Source of the DNA: Rhynchobatus australiae
Taxonomy: Eukaryota
Direction: 5' to 3'
Assembly: GCA_034780895.1 (NCBI GenBank)
Contig: JAUZTB010000087.1
Span: 38,946,026 to 39,010,025, forward strand
DNA: 64,000 nt
Positions 36,750 through 49,429 of the stretch are shown here, piece by piece. A model generated the notes under the pieces. It searched no databases and was not told the DNA's origin. It worked only from the letters and a program-made list of their open reading frames with translations. Both the position numbers and the translations under genes were made by a program. Within the stretch, counting starts at the first letter, position 1. Every line of letters begins with the position of its first letter.

Positions 36750-38842
36750 GTAAGTAGCAGCAAAACCATCTTTCAGTAGATTCTGTAGGCAAGCCCCTGA
36801 TGGCTCCCTAACTCAATCAATCGTTAATGGACAAATTCCTTACAACCTTGTAATCTTTGTCCATATGTAGGCCAGAATAAAGGCCCAATGCTTGTGGTGC
36901 AATTGAGTAAATCTACATTTCTAGAAATCTAGTTAATACTTCAGTTTTATTCAAAATTTGTCCCATTAATATCCAGATTTTAAGGGACTGTTATTAAAGT
37001 ACAAATAAAATGAACTGGTGATAAGGACTTTGTAACTTTCATCCTGACTTTGCAAAGTGCAAATGAGGTCTAGGCTGCACAATAGGTTTTCAAAGATGTT
37101 GAGAAACTCCAACAATACCCAGCAAGTGAGCACAGTGAGCAGTTGAGTGAAGGAGCTGGAAAGGTTCCAATTGCATTTCTTTGACTGCTCAGAGCTAGCT
37201 AAGGGTGCTTATAAGGACTATATCACTATGTCATAGAACTTCTAGCTGATTGGAAATTGGTTAAATCTTGGCTTTGTTTCTTCCTTTACTGTACCAGCCT
37301 TGAAAGAAAGCACACAGATATAAGGAAGGGTTTTTCAATTCTATGGCAAGAGTTATTGCTGAATAGAATTTTTTTTAGAAAAACAATTAACTCCACAAGT
37401 AATCATATGGACCCATGTCCATTTGCTGATTGGTTCCTTTGACTAATATACACGGGTAATATACATTTGATCCTGGTATATCAATTAGTTACAAGGAATA
37501 TAAACCTGACAGCTCAGATGTTTGAAGATTGGCTGCCATGAGCGATTTGGACTCCCCGTATCTTATTCACATTAGACATGCAGCAATAATATATAAGAAT
37601 GACACTAATTTATAGCAACTATATTTTGCACTGTAGCTCAGTTGTTTTTAAATAAGAGGCAGTAAATTTTGGAGTAAACATGCTATATTATTTTATGGGG
37701 CAAGATTACAGGTTTTGCATAAAGTTCCCTTGCAATCCCTTATGTAGTTCAATTGTATTATCAGAGAGCACAGGTGAGCAGAAACAAAGTTACTTTCACT
37801 AGAGAATGAAAATAATCAACTATTCTGCTGCCCCAATCTGTTTTCACATAATTCCTAACATTTGGCGTAAGCAGTTTTTGCAAAAGCTTAAAATCTTGGA
37901 ATAGATTTTGAAGAGATGTAAACGAGGGCTGTGGAGATAAAAAAAATATATAAAAACACCAAGGCTTTTGTATATTTTTTAAAAAGACAATTGTTTTGTA
38001 TTCCTTTCACAATCAATGCAAATTGTTCAGTTTTGTAACCCTGATCTGCACATTTAGCAGAAATTCACTGACTGATAGCTGCTGGTTTCATTGAGAACTG
38101 AAAGGCAACTGCAGTGCATGTGGTAGTGTGTAGTAATCTTCTATAATAGTGTACTGCAATGCAGAAGTCAGGAGACCAGATGTTTGTGCATCAGGTCTCT
38201 CGCTTTGCCAGTGGACTCATGGTTGTGCCCTGGATGAACCAGAAGTGGCTGAGCTAAGGAGCTATATACCTGCAGCTTTATCTCATCCATGCCTGGTGCA
38301 TCTAGTACAGACCAATATATTTGATTGAGGTTGTTGACCTTTACTAAAAAGATAAGTGTATAGGAAATTTTCAGGTTTTCTTCATTTTACCATATATTTA
38401 TAGTTATACTTAAGCAATAGGAGTTTCATACATTTTTACATATACTATATCTTAATTTTCCAGAATAATCTAAAATTTCTTTTTTAACTGTTTCCAATTA
38501 TCAGAGACATTTGCAATCTGTACAAAGGTGGAATGACCACATGAGCAGTCAGGTGCTGTCAGGCCACCATGAATAGGGCCTTCTTTCCACTGCCTGAGCC
38601 TGGATGCTGCCCGTGGGCCCCTGCACTTTACAGAAAAGCCACAACAGCCATTATAGCATAGGGTTGGGAGCTTAGTGTGGATACTGGGCTTGTGAGGGCA
38701 GCGACCATGAGTTGTGGGATGGGGGCGTACATTCTGGCCCGTGGTATTTTCAGATTCATGCCCTGTGCCTGAAGTTATACCAGTCTGTCAGAGGAATATG
38801 ACACAATTTATTGGAGGAGGTTGATAAATAGGAAAGTCCATA

Positions 38843-39195
38843 AGAACATAAGAAATAGGATCAGGAGTTGGCAATNNNNNNNNNNNNNNNNNNNNNNNNN
38901 NNNNNNNNNNNNNNNNNNNNNNNNNNNNNNNNNNNNNNNNNNNNNNNNNNNNNNNNNNNNNNNNNNNNNNNNNNNAGGATCAGGAGTTGGCAATTCAGTT
39001 CCTCGTCTACTCTGCCATTCACCACAACTGATCTTCTACCTGATTCTGATTCATCAAATCCTGTAATATCCAAAAGTCTATTGACCTTAGTTTTAAATGT
39101 AATTGATGGCTGGGCTTCCACTTTCCTCCAGGGTAGAAAATTTCAGAGATTCACCATCATCTGAATGGAGAAATTTCTCCTCATTTCAGTCCTAA
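38843..39195 (-). mobile_element. CR1 LINE 3' end
   Basis: ataagaacataagaaatagga terminal repeat and agaaaatttcagagattcaccat motif. Confidence 0.75.
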
Positions 39196-39405
39196 AGGAA
39201 TTGGATTTAGTTATCTAGGAAGATGCAAAATCTTCAAATATGGAACGGTACTAAAGCAATCATGGGAAATTTGTGACACGGGGGAGATGTGTCTTTTGTT
39301 GTTTGCCTTAATTGAGGGGGCAGAGATTTCAAATAGTTGGTAAAGGATTAGAGGAGAGCTGAGGGAAGATCTCCTCACCTAGAGGGTGAAGGGGGTTGGG
39401 AACTT

Positions 39406-39695
39406 TATAAGATATCTTTATTAGTCATATGTACATTGAAACACACGGTGAAATGTATCTTTGCGTAGAATGTTCTGGGGGCAGCCTGCAAGTGTCGCCA
39501 CGCTTCCGGCGCCAGTGTAGTATGCCCACAACTCCCTAACCCGTAGGACTTTTGGAATGTGGGAGGAAACCGGTGCACCTGGAGGAAACCCATGCAGACA
39601 CAGGGAGAATGTACAAACTCCTTACAGGCAGTGGCCAGCATTGAACCCGGATCACTGGCGCTGTAATAGTGTTATTGCCAACCGCTACACTACCG
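39406..39695 (-). mobile_element. tRNA-derived V-SINE with a non-CR1 tail (same subfamily as 31298-31592)
   Basis: Colinear similarity to 31298-31592 over the whole length; B box GGGTTCAATGC; tail ...GACTAATAAAGATATCTTAT. Confidence 0.8.
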
Positions 39696-40237
39696 TTTGT
39701 TGAAGAACTTGTATTACATGGTTACATTTATGTTTGAGACAAATGAAAGCAAGAACCCCCATGATGACATTATACAGTAAAATCATTGAGCCAGAAAAAC
39801 ACCTTGNNNNNNNNNNNNNNNNNNNNNNNNNNNNNNNNNNNNNNNNNNNNNNNNNNNNNNNNNNNNNNNNNNNNNNNNNNNNNNNNNNACTCAAATTGGA
39901 TTAATTCCTGTTAGTAATGTCATCAACTTTGGTCTTTCAAACAGACATCAGTCCTTCCATATTTCAGTTGGAAAGAAATTGCTAATGGTAATAATCATCA
40001 GGAGATTGTTGGCAGCAATTTTCCACTGGCTGTTCATTTCAGTAATTTCAATTGCAATCAATAGCACTATCTCAGACTGTGATTAAAAAAATCTATTTTC
40101 TCTAGTTGACATCCTTGCTGAGTTAGATGAAAGGTGCTCTTTGGTAAAGCATTTGAACCAATTTAGGTAAGAGTGAGATTCCAGGAGGAACAATTCCACT
40201 ACCTTATTCTAATTTGCATTGAATCCTCTGATTGCAG

Positions 40238-40267
40238 CTCCACGAGGAATGCACATGGGTGACAGCG
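40238..40267 (+). CDS. ABLIM3: ABLIM3 30-nt exon (S-PRGMHMGDS), phase 1-1
   Basis: ctaat branch site, attgcag acceptor, gtgagt donor. Corresponds to human SPRSHYLADS. Confidence 0.82.
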
Positions 40268-41721
40268 GTGAGTTAAAAGCCGTTTAATATTGAATTCCAG
40301 TTTTAACATTTCCAAGGACAGATTAGATTAGGGCACCTCTTTTGCAGTCACAGTTTAGTCTATCTTCAATCTCCAATCACTGCTTTACACAACCAACCCA
40401 TTCTACTCGTTTCATAATCTCTCAACACCTGATGCCAAGCTCTTGGAGGTGCTTCATGATATCAGTGCTGGGAGGGTTACAGCTGGTTGGAATCAGTGAG
40501 CAGCTAATTTTAATTGTTGTTGCATAACACGGGCATTTGGACAATAGAATGCTTCCATTGTTGCTTTAAGGCACTGATGAGAGCAATGTATCGATCTACA
40601 GTATTACAGAGTTGTGTACTTCATCACATAATCCTGTACTACTTTGCTTGGTTTAGTAGTACATTACATTTCATTGCATAATTCTATAATATGTGTAACA
40701 TAACACAAAAAACATTCCTCATAATGGTTTGCTTTTCTAAATCTAAAAGCCATGATCTGCCATGCCATTGACCCTCTATTTAGCTTATTTAAAGAAGTTT
40801 CTTGACTGAAGTGTATTCATTTTATGACTTTTTTAGCATCATTGTTATGTTTTACTGATTTTTCTTTACAGAGGTTAGGTGTTAATAAAATGATATAACT
40901 CCCATATTACTTACTTAAACAGCATTTTACATTAACTTTAAGTTATAATGTTGCTCTGACATTATGATATAAATTTGCTTGGCTGTTGCAGTCTTTATCT
41001 TGTGCTGTATATAGTTCTGGTCTGGATGCCTCCCTTTATTTGATATCTGGATCTTCTCCTCAGCTGGTATTGCACATGTTACAGTTTCTGCTTATGCCTG
41101 CTGTTCTTCACAGTGTGCCCTGCCCAGATATTAAACACATCTGTTTGACACAGTAAAGGGATGGGGAAATAAACGATGATGGAGGGAGAGGAAAGCTCTG
41201 CTGTTCAATTATAACCTTTTATCTAAAGAACACATACAAGAGTTTTCTATAAGCAGTAAATCAGGCNNNNNNNNNNACATACATTTTTTAGAAAGTTGTA
41301 TTATTACCTTTCATTGTTTCCATAAGATTCTAGTGCATTGTATCAGGCTGCATATGTAGGTTGTTAAGAGTGAGCAAAGACATTTCTACCTTAACCAACA
41401 CCAAACTATCAAGTTTCTTATCCATCCATCCTGCCTGTCGCCACAGAATTATTCTACTCTTTAACTTTAAGCACCATCTAGTGGTCCTAGATAGAGCTAC
41501 GGTAGATAAACTCACAGGTACAAGGAGGCTTGTTTGACAGAAGCACACCCCATCAAGGCATTGTTGGGTTGGAATTCAGACCTTNNNNNNNNCTAGGAAA
41601 TGTATTTTCCGTTCATATGCTTCAGGCCTTTTCCATTGGTTCATCAAGACAGTTTGGTTTTATTTTTGTCCTTAGTAATGCATGTAGCTAGCTGATAGAA
41701 GTGTTATGTTGTATATCACAG

Positions 41722-41780
41722 ATCCACTGATTTCCAAGTCTGCTTCTCTTCCTGCCTACATGAGAAATGGAATGCACAGG
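41722..41780 (+). CDS. ABLIM3: ABLIM3 exon (D-PLISKSASLPAYMRNGMHR), phase 1-0
   Basis: Acceptor tcacag, donor gtaaga; 59 nt. Matches DPLISKSASLPAYRRNGLHR. Confidence 0.95.
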
Positions 41781-42219
41781 GTAAGATTTCAATCAATTTA
41801 TCTTACTCTGAATTTACTCCCTTGAAAAAGCAGTAAACAAAAAGGCAAGGGTGTATGCGGAATAAATGCCTACTCCCCACACCCCTCTCTCTTCAAGATA
41901 TTTTGTTGTCATGTAACTTTCTGCACTCCAAGTATTTGGTTAATATTAAGATTTCAGATTCAACTGACCTGAGAGTCATCAGTTTATACCATTCAATTGT
42001 AACAGCATTATTTTAATAGGGGAAATTGTAGGTTATATCTAAAATTTATAATTGTACATTTGCATCAGTTGAATAGGAAACGAAAACTTGCTATGGGTCC
42101 AGCGTAATTTGCCTCGAAGATAATGTGCTGTAGATAAGTCACGAGGCCAAGATAAAATGCATGCCAGGCTATTAAAAGAAGCAAGGGAGATACAGCACAG
42201 GCTCTACCTGTTTTCCAAT

Positions 42220-45200
42220 TTTCTTTGGCCAGAGGTGTGGTGCTGATGGACTGCAATGGTATAGTTACAGAAACAGACACTGTTCCTTGCCACAAAGACA
42301 GAGAGTTCAAAAGGTTGTGGTGCCTGCCTGGTGCTAGGGTTAAGGACATCTCATGANNNNNNNAACTTGGAGTGGGAGGAGAAAAATCCCAATTGTCATG
42401 GCCACATATGCACCAATGACATAAGTGGGACTATGAAGGAGTTTCTGATGAGAGATTATATAGCGCTCAGGGCAAAATTGAAAAGCAGAATCATTAGGGG
42501 ATAATCTTCAGATTATTACCTGAGTTACATGCAAATTGGCAAAGGGTAAATAGGATTAGAGAGTTTAATGCAAGACTCAAAGCATGGTGTGAGAGAAATG
42601 GGTTCCAACCCATGGGACACTGGCAACAATACTGGGGAAGAAGAAAGCTGTTCTGTTAGGATGGGCTCCACCTGAATCATACTGGGACCAGTGTCCTGGC
42701 AAATCACATAACTAAGTTATAGATTGAGCTTTAATCTAAATAGGAAGAGGGAGGGCTCCAAGAATGGGATAGTTGATAAATCAGGAGGAAATGAAAGAGT
42801 GGTGATGGAGAATAGTGACGTGAAAGCTGATAAATGAGATGTGACAGGCTGGAGCAGAAAATGTGAAAAGAGGTGGGTGGTAGGATTGTTAATCCACAAA
42901 GGTATCAGAGCAGTTCTGAGTCGTGATATACAGGCATTTGACTAGTAATGTACATTTGGTTTGGGTTGAAACCATGAATGGCAAGGGAAAGAAGATACAG
43001 GGGTGGGTCATCTATAAGCACCCAAAATGCGACCTCTTGATAGGGCAGAGCTTAATTGGGGAAATGTCAAGGGCATGTCTGAAGGGAACTGCAGTTGCTA
43101 TGGGAGATTTTAGTCTACATATTGATTGGATGAACCAAATTGACAAGGGTATCGTTGAAGAATTTGTGAGAGAGGGTTAGAGTTGCTTCCTAGAAAAGTA
43201 TGTCACAGAACCTACCTAGGATCAGGTTGCTTTAGATTTGATTATAAGATATGAGAAATGATTAATAAGAAATCATATGGGTAAAGACACCTAGGAGGCT
43301 GTGGCCACAATGTGATAGAATTCCAGATGCATTTTGAAGGTGGACACCACAGGACTAAATCTGCTTTCTTAGATAAGGGTGATTACAATTGTTTGAAGGT
43401 GGAATTGTCAAAGGCAGACTGGGAAAATCAGCTAAGAGACAGGTTATTAAGGAACAGTGATAGATGGTCCATAACACAAGGCAGGAATTTATCCCAATTA
43501 GAAAGAGGGATTCCATGAGGAAGAGGCACAATCTATGGTTAACAAAAGTGATCAAGAATAATGCTAAATTGAAAAGTAGAGCATAAAAGCAGCAGGGGCT
43601 ACTGATAGGCTGGAGGACTGGGAATTTTTTAGGATCTAGCAGCAAAAAACTAAAAAGCTCATAAGAAGGGAGAATATTGATTTTGAGAGAAAACTTGTGG
43701 GTAATATCAAAACAAAGAGTAAGAGTTCCTCTGGATATATAAAGAGGAAGAAGGCAGCTGAGGCAATTGTAGGACCTCTGGAAAACAAAGCTGGTAAATT
43801 AATAACAGGAAACAAAGAAATGGCAGATGTGTTAAATCTATTTTTTTTTGCATCAGTCATCACCTTGGAGGACATGGTAAATATCCCTAAGATAACAAGT
43901 GGGCTGTTTTCAAATAACAGTAAAGAACTTCTCAAAAATCCCAATCACAAGGGATAAACTATTGGAAAAACTCACAGAACTAAAGGCAACAAATCTCCAG
44001 GACCCGTTGGCCTGCACTCAAGGGTTTTTAAGAAAGTGGTTGCATAGTGGACACATTGGTTTAAATTTTTCAAAATTTGCTAAATTCCTGGAGCTAACCA
44101 GAAGATTGGAAAACAGCCAACGTGATTCCTTTCTTCAGAAAGGGAGAAAGACAGAAGATGGGGAACTATAGGTCAGTTATTTTAACATCTTTTGTTGGCA
44201 AGCTGCTANNNNNNNNNNNNNNNNNNNNNNNNTAATGAATCATTTAGGATCAAACCTAATTAACATTTTTTTTGAAAGGGAAATCTTGTTTGACAAATTT
44301 GCTTGAATTTTTTGAGGATATGGCAGGAACAGTTGATGGAGGGGAACCTGTAGATATAGAGTATTTAGATTTCCAGAAGGTGTTTGACAAGTGCTGCACA
44401 AGAGGCTGGTGCAAAAATTAAGAGCCCAAGGTCTTAGAGGAAGTGTGTTAACATGGACTGAAAACTGGTTGTGACATAGAAAACAAAGAGTTGGAATAAG
44501 TGGGTCATTTCGGGCTGGAAGGATGTGACCCTAATGGAGTATCCCAGCGATCAATTGTTTACTATTTGCATTAATGGCCTGGAGAAAGGAGCGAAATGTA
44601 AGGTTTCAAGGTTTGATGATAATACAAAAATAAGTGGAAGGGCATGTTGTGATGAAGGCATTGTGAATCTGCAATGGGATATAGAAAGATTGAGTGACTG
44701 GGCAAAAACCTTGCAAATGGAGTTTAATGTGGGGAAGTGTGAATTCAGGTACTTTGGTAAGAGGAAGCAAAAGGAGGATTATGNNNNNNNNNNNNNNNNN
44801 NNNNNNNNNNNNNNNNNNNNNNNNNNNNNNNNNNNNNNNNNNNNNNNNNNNNNNNNNNNNNNNNNNNNNNNNNNNNNNNNNNNGGTAAGAGGAAGCAAAA
44901 GGAGGATTATGATCTAAGTGGAGAGAGACTGGAATGAATAAAGTTCAGAGGGTTCTAGGTGTTGTAGTGCATGAATCACAAAAATTTTGCAAGCAGGTCC
45001 AACAAGTAGTTAAGGAGGTCAAATAGAATGTTGGTCTTTGTTGCAAAGAAGTTGGAGTTGAAGAAGAGGGAGGTTTTGTTACAGTTGCATAGGGAGTTGC
45101 TGAGGCCACACTTGGGAAACAATGCACAGTTTTGGTCCCCTTAACAAAAAACAACATAGCAGCATTGGTGGCAGTCCAAACTAACCTCTGTAAAGAGATT

Positions 45201-45397
45201 AACCAGGCTAATTCCTGGGATGAGAGGATTGCCCTACCAACTGAGGCTAGATAGTTTGGGACTATATTCCTTGGAGCTTAAAAGATTGAGTGGTGACCTT
45301 ATTCAAACATATGAGATCCTAAGAGAGCTTTACAGGGTAGATGCTGAGATGTTTTCGCCAGTGGGAGATTCACAAAAAAGGGGACATACAGTAGTTA
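42220..45397 (+). mobile_element. Long decayed CR1 LINE: ORF1 esterase (SGNH) remnant plus ORF2 endonuclease and reverse transcriptase
   Basis: ORF1 remnants WCLPGARVKDI and DGLHLNHTGTSVLANHI. ORF2 remnants MGDFSLHIDW, NYRSVILTSFVGKL, KSCLTNLLEFFED, YLDFQKVFDK, FDDNTKI, LGLYSLELKRLSGDLI. Many stops and frameshifts. Confidence 0.9.
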
Positions 45398-45939
45398 NNN
45401 NNNNNNNNNNNNNNNNNNNNNNNNNNNNNNNNNNNNNNNNNNNNNNNNNNNNNNNNNNNNNNNNNNNNNNNNNNNNNNNNNNNNNNNNNNNNNNNNNNNN
45501 NNNNNNNNNNNNNNNNNNNNNNNNNNNNNNNNNNNNNNNNNNNNNNNNNNNNNNNNNNNNNNNNNNNNNNNNNNNNNNNNNNNNNNNNNNNNNNNNNNNN
45601 NNNNNNNNNNNNNNNNNNNNNNNNNNNNNNNNNNNNNNNNNNNNNNNNNNNNNNNNNNNNNNNNNNNNNNNNNNNNNNNNNNNNNNNNNNNNNNNNNNNN
45701 NNNNNNNNNNNNNNNNNNNNNNNNNNNNNNNNNNNNNNNNNNNNNNNNNNNNNNNNNNNNNNNNNNNNNNNNNNNNNNNNNNNNNNNNNNNNNNNNNNNN
45801 NNNNNNNNNNNNNNNNNNNNNNNNNNNNNNNNNNNNNNNNNNNNNNNNNNNNNNNNNNNNNNNNNNNNNNNNNNNNNNNNNNNNNNNNNNNNNNNNNNNN
45901 NNNNNNNNNNNNNNNNNNNNNNNNNNNNNNNNNNNNNCT

Positions 45940-46780
45940 AGGAAGGAGTTTGTTGAAGTCCCGCATGGCAGATCCAGAATGTAAAAGTCAATGGGATCCA
46001 AGTAAAGTGGCAAATTGGATTAAAAATAGGCTCTGTAGCAGAAAGCAGAGGGAAACAATCAACCAGAATTTCATTAATGAGGGAGCTGTATGTAATGGTG
46101 GTTCCTGTGCTCCCCGACAACTCACTAGGGCTCCGTTTCCCAAGCTCCCCATCTCAGAGCTGGGACCCTGATTCCTGTACTCCCTTTAAAGTCACCCGGT
46201 TCTGTTGGCCACACTTCCCTTGTAAATTACTGGGTTCACTGAAATGTCGGTGTGTGGCATCTGTACCTAAGTAAAGAGGTTGTGCTAGGACTGTAAAAAG
46301 CATTCAGTTACGCTGCATTTGGAGTACTATGTGTAATTCTAGTGACCACATTGCAGATGTGCTCGCAGCAGCAAGAGGAGATTGTGAGGATGTTGCCCTG
46401 GTTGGAGAATTGTGGTTTTCAGGAGAGACGTCCAGGCCATGGTTGTTTTCTTTGGAACAAAGGAGATAGAGGAGAGATTTAAATGAGGTGTATAAAATTG
46501 TAAGAGGCCTGAGCAAAGTAAGGACCTACTTTCTTCAGTAGAAAGGTGAGGAATCAGGGAGCATAGATTTGTTAACTGGTAGAAAGATTAGTGGAAGGGA
46601 CTTCAAATATTTTTCACTCAACAAGTGTAGGGGCTCGAACTCAGTGCCTTAAAAACTCAAGGAATATCTGGATGCCTATGTGAAGAACCAGAAGCCAACT
46701 ATAGAGCAAGCATTGGGAAGTAGGATTGATCTAAGATCTATTCTTGACTGTCATGGACATAATTATCTATGATTCTGAGA
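45940..46780 (+). mobile_element. Fragmented CR1 LINE RT/3' pieces
   Basis: KVANWIKNRLCSRKQR and LFSLEQRR.RGDLNEVYKI remnants; atctatgattctg terminus. Confidence 0.7.
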
Positions 46781-46853
46781 AATAGCTGGAAGAACAGTAT
46801 CTAAAATTGCAAATAACTGACAGGTATTTTTATTTTCACTCAATTTCTTTTAG

Positions 46854-46914
46854 CCCCAGAGTGCTGACATTTTCCAATATGACAATGACAGTTCCGTTAA
46901 CTGGGGAATGAGAG
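46854..46914 (+). CDS. ABLIM3: ABLIM3 exon (PQSADIFQYDNDSSVNWGMR-E), phase 0-1
   Basis: Acceptor tttcttttag, donor gtaagg; 61 nt. Matches TPSADLFHYDSMNAVNWGMRE. Confidence 0.92.
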
Positions 46915-48764
46915 GTAAGGTGCTTTCAGTGGCTGCATCAAAATAAAATGCTTAACTGGACTCATGTTGTACTGTACAATCACTTTTAATCTGTTGAAAG
47001 TATTGCCAACATAATAGACCCACACACTATTACCAATTGAAAAGACATTTCCCCCTTCCCTTCGCTGTTACGTAATCTTAAGGCAAAATGCAGCTGAGAA
47101 CTTCTCCACTGTCAGGATTGTTCAAGGAATGTTTTAAAACATTGCACCCAAATTTTATGAGGATGAGAAAGTGCACAAGTTTGTAACTGCACAACCTTTA
47201 AAATGTTGGTGATTAGATAATATGTAACATTGCTGCTTTTTAGCATCTGTATTCCGCTGTGAACATTTCCTTCAATGCATAAAACTGGACAGGTTCCTGT
47301 GAACTGTCTGTAACCTGAACTGTTCACAAGTTGGAAAGGCAACTGCAAACCAGGTTCCCACACAGCAGAAGATGCCTGCAGCCCGGCAGCAGCCAGCAAA
47401 TCTATACTGACGGTCTTCCATACACTCATTCATATGTACTGTAATTCATAAACTAGGGAGGACCTGTATACAGTGATGATGATGAATTTTAAACCTAGGG
47501 AGTAGAAGAAGCCCTGGTTATTTCTGGTAGNNNNNNNNNNNNNNNNNNNNNNNNNNNNNNNNNNNNNNNNNNNNNNNNNNNNNNNNNNNNNNNNNNNNNN
47601 NNNNNNNNNNNNNNNNNNNNNNNNNNNNNNNNNNNNNNNNNNNNNNNNNNNNNNNNNNNNNNNNNNNNNNNNNNNNNNNNNNNNNNNNNNNNNNNNNNNN
47701 NNNNNNNNNNNNNNNNNNNNNNNNNNNNNNNNNNNNNNNNNNNNNNNNNNNNNNNNNNNNNNNNNNNNNNNNNNNNNNNNNNNNNNNNNNNNNNNNNNNN
47801 NNNNNNNNNNNNNNNNNNNNNNNNNNNNNNNNNNNNNNNNNNNNNNNNNNNNNNNNNNNNNNNNNNNNNNNNNNNNNNNNNNNNNNNNNNNNNNNNNNNN
47901 NNNNNNNNNNNNNNNNNNNNNNNNNNNNNNNNNNNNNNNNNNNNNNNNNNNNNNNNNNNNNNNNNNNNNNNNNNNNNNNNNCTTCACATTAAAAAATTCA
48001 ATTCAGCATATACCAAGAAGCAAAGGACACATTTTTAATTAATGTTTCAAATTCTACTCAGAGGGTTAAATAAAAATTTTAATCTGCACATATGATTTTG
48101 AGTGAGAAATATCATAAATAAACCTACAAAAGAATTAAGTGCACTTACATTTTGAAATGTTCATGAGGGAACTCTATATTTTTAGAATCAGATAATTTGG
48201 TAGGCAGCAATTATGGCTTAGTTACCCATTAAAAACTCAACAGGAGAAAAACAAAGTATGAGATTTGTTTCCATAAATACCTAAAAATCATATCAAGTGA
48301 CTTCTCTTGATTGTTTTGTAGAATGTTGTGAACAGAATGGCATGCAAAGGGAGCAGTGAATCATTGATAGCATCTTCAAGCTTTCTACACCACAACATAC
48401 ATGCACAGAAATCCCAAAGTTGCTTTCAGTTTTGCAGAGTAATGATGGTGAACGCCATTACTACAAAATCTAGTCCATTACATTGTTAATGCCTGGAATG
48501 ATGAAACTGGTTATTTGCGAGACCTGTATTGCTGGTGGAGAATTAGTGCTAATGATACTGCGTTATTCTCTGTGACAATACCAAAGTAAATTCTTTGCTT
48601 ACATTTAATCAGAACAAACCCTAATCTTCTATTTGAACATGCTGACATTATGTTATTGAAGGTTGGTGTTCATCATCCATCTAAAATAAAGCAGAATTTT
48701 CAAGCTGTAAGGACAGTTTTGATGCTTACTGTCTAAAATAATTGAATGTATATTTAGATGATAG

Positions 48765-49257
48765 CCATTTGGCCCCTAATTCCTGTGTCAAGATAGCTTA
48801 TTTAACTTCATCTTAGTACTGTGGTTTCATTTATCTGCTCTTTCCCCTTATAATTTCATATAATTCCATCAGGTCCCTCCTCAGTCTTCTCTGCTCCAAG
48901 GAATCCAAGGAAAGCAAGCCCAATCTATCCAAGCTCACCTTATTTCTGAAAAGTTCCGTCCCAAGTAGCATCCTGGAGAATCTTCTCTGCACCCTCTCCC
49001 CTGCAATCATGTCCTTCTGGTAGTATGACAATCAGAACTCCACACAACTCCAGCTGTTGTCTAACCAATGTTTTATCAAGTTGTATGAAGACCTCCCTGC
49101 TCTTGTATTCTATACCCTGGGTAATGAAGGCAAGCATCCCAAATCTATCTGTGGGTGAGCAACCTTATCTACCCTTACTGCCACCTTCAAGGATCTTTGA
49201 ACTTGTACACCAAGGTCCTTTCTTCCACAATGCTCCTCAGGATTCAACCATACCTGG
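48765..49257 (-). mobile_element. CR1 LINE RT C-terminal fragment
   Basis: Minus-strand remnants KDLGVQVQRSLKV, MLAFITQGIEYKSREV, ERVQRRFSRML. Confidence 0.85.
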
Positions 49258-49429
49258 TGTGTGAAAAAAACAATGATGCCGGAGGAACTCAGCAGACCAG
49301 GCAGCATCCGTGGAGAAAAGCAGGTGGTCAACGTTTCGAGTCAGGACCCTTTTTCGGGACTGAAGATAGGAAAAGGGGAAGCCCAATATATAGGAGGGAA
49401 AAGCAGAGCAGTGATAGGTGGACAAAAGA
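49258..49429 (-). mobile_element. Penelope-like terminal repeat with mutated hammerhead motif
   Basis: ggaggaactcagcag...gtcaacgtttcgagtcaggaccct; same family as 55940-56100. Confidence 0.6.
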
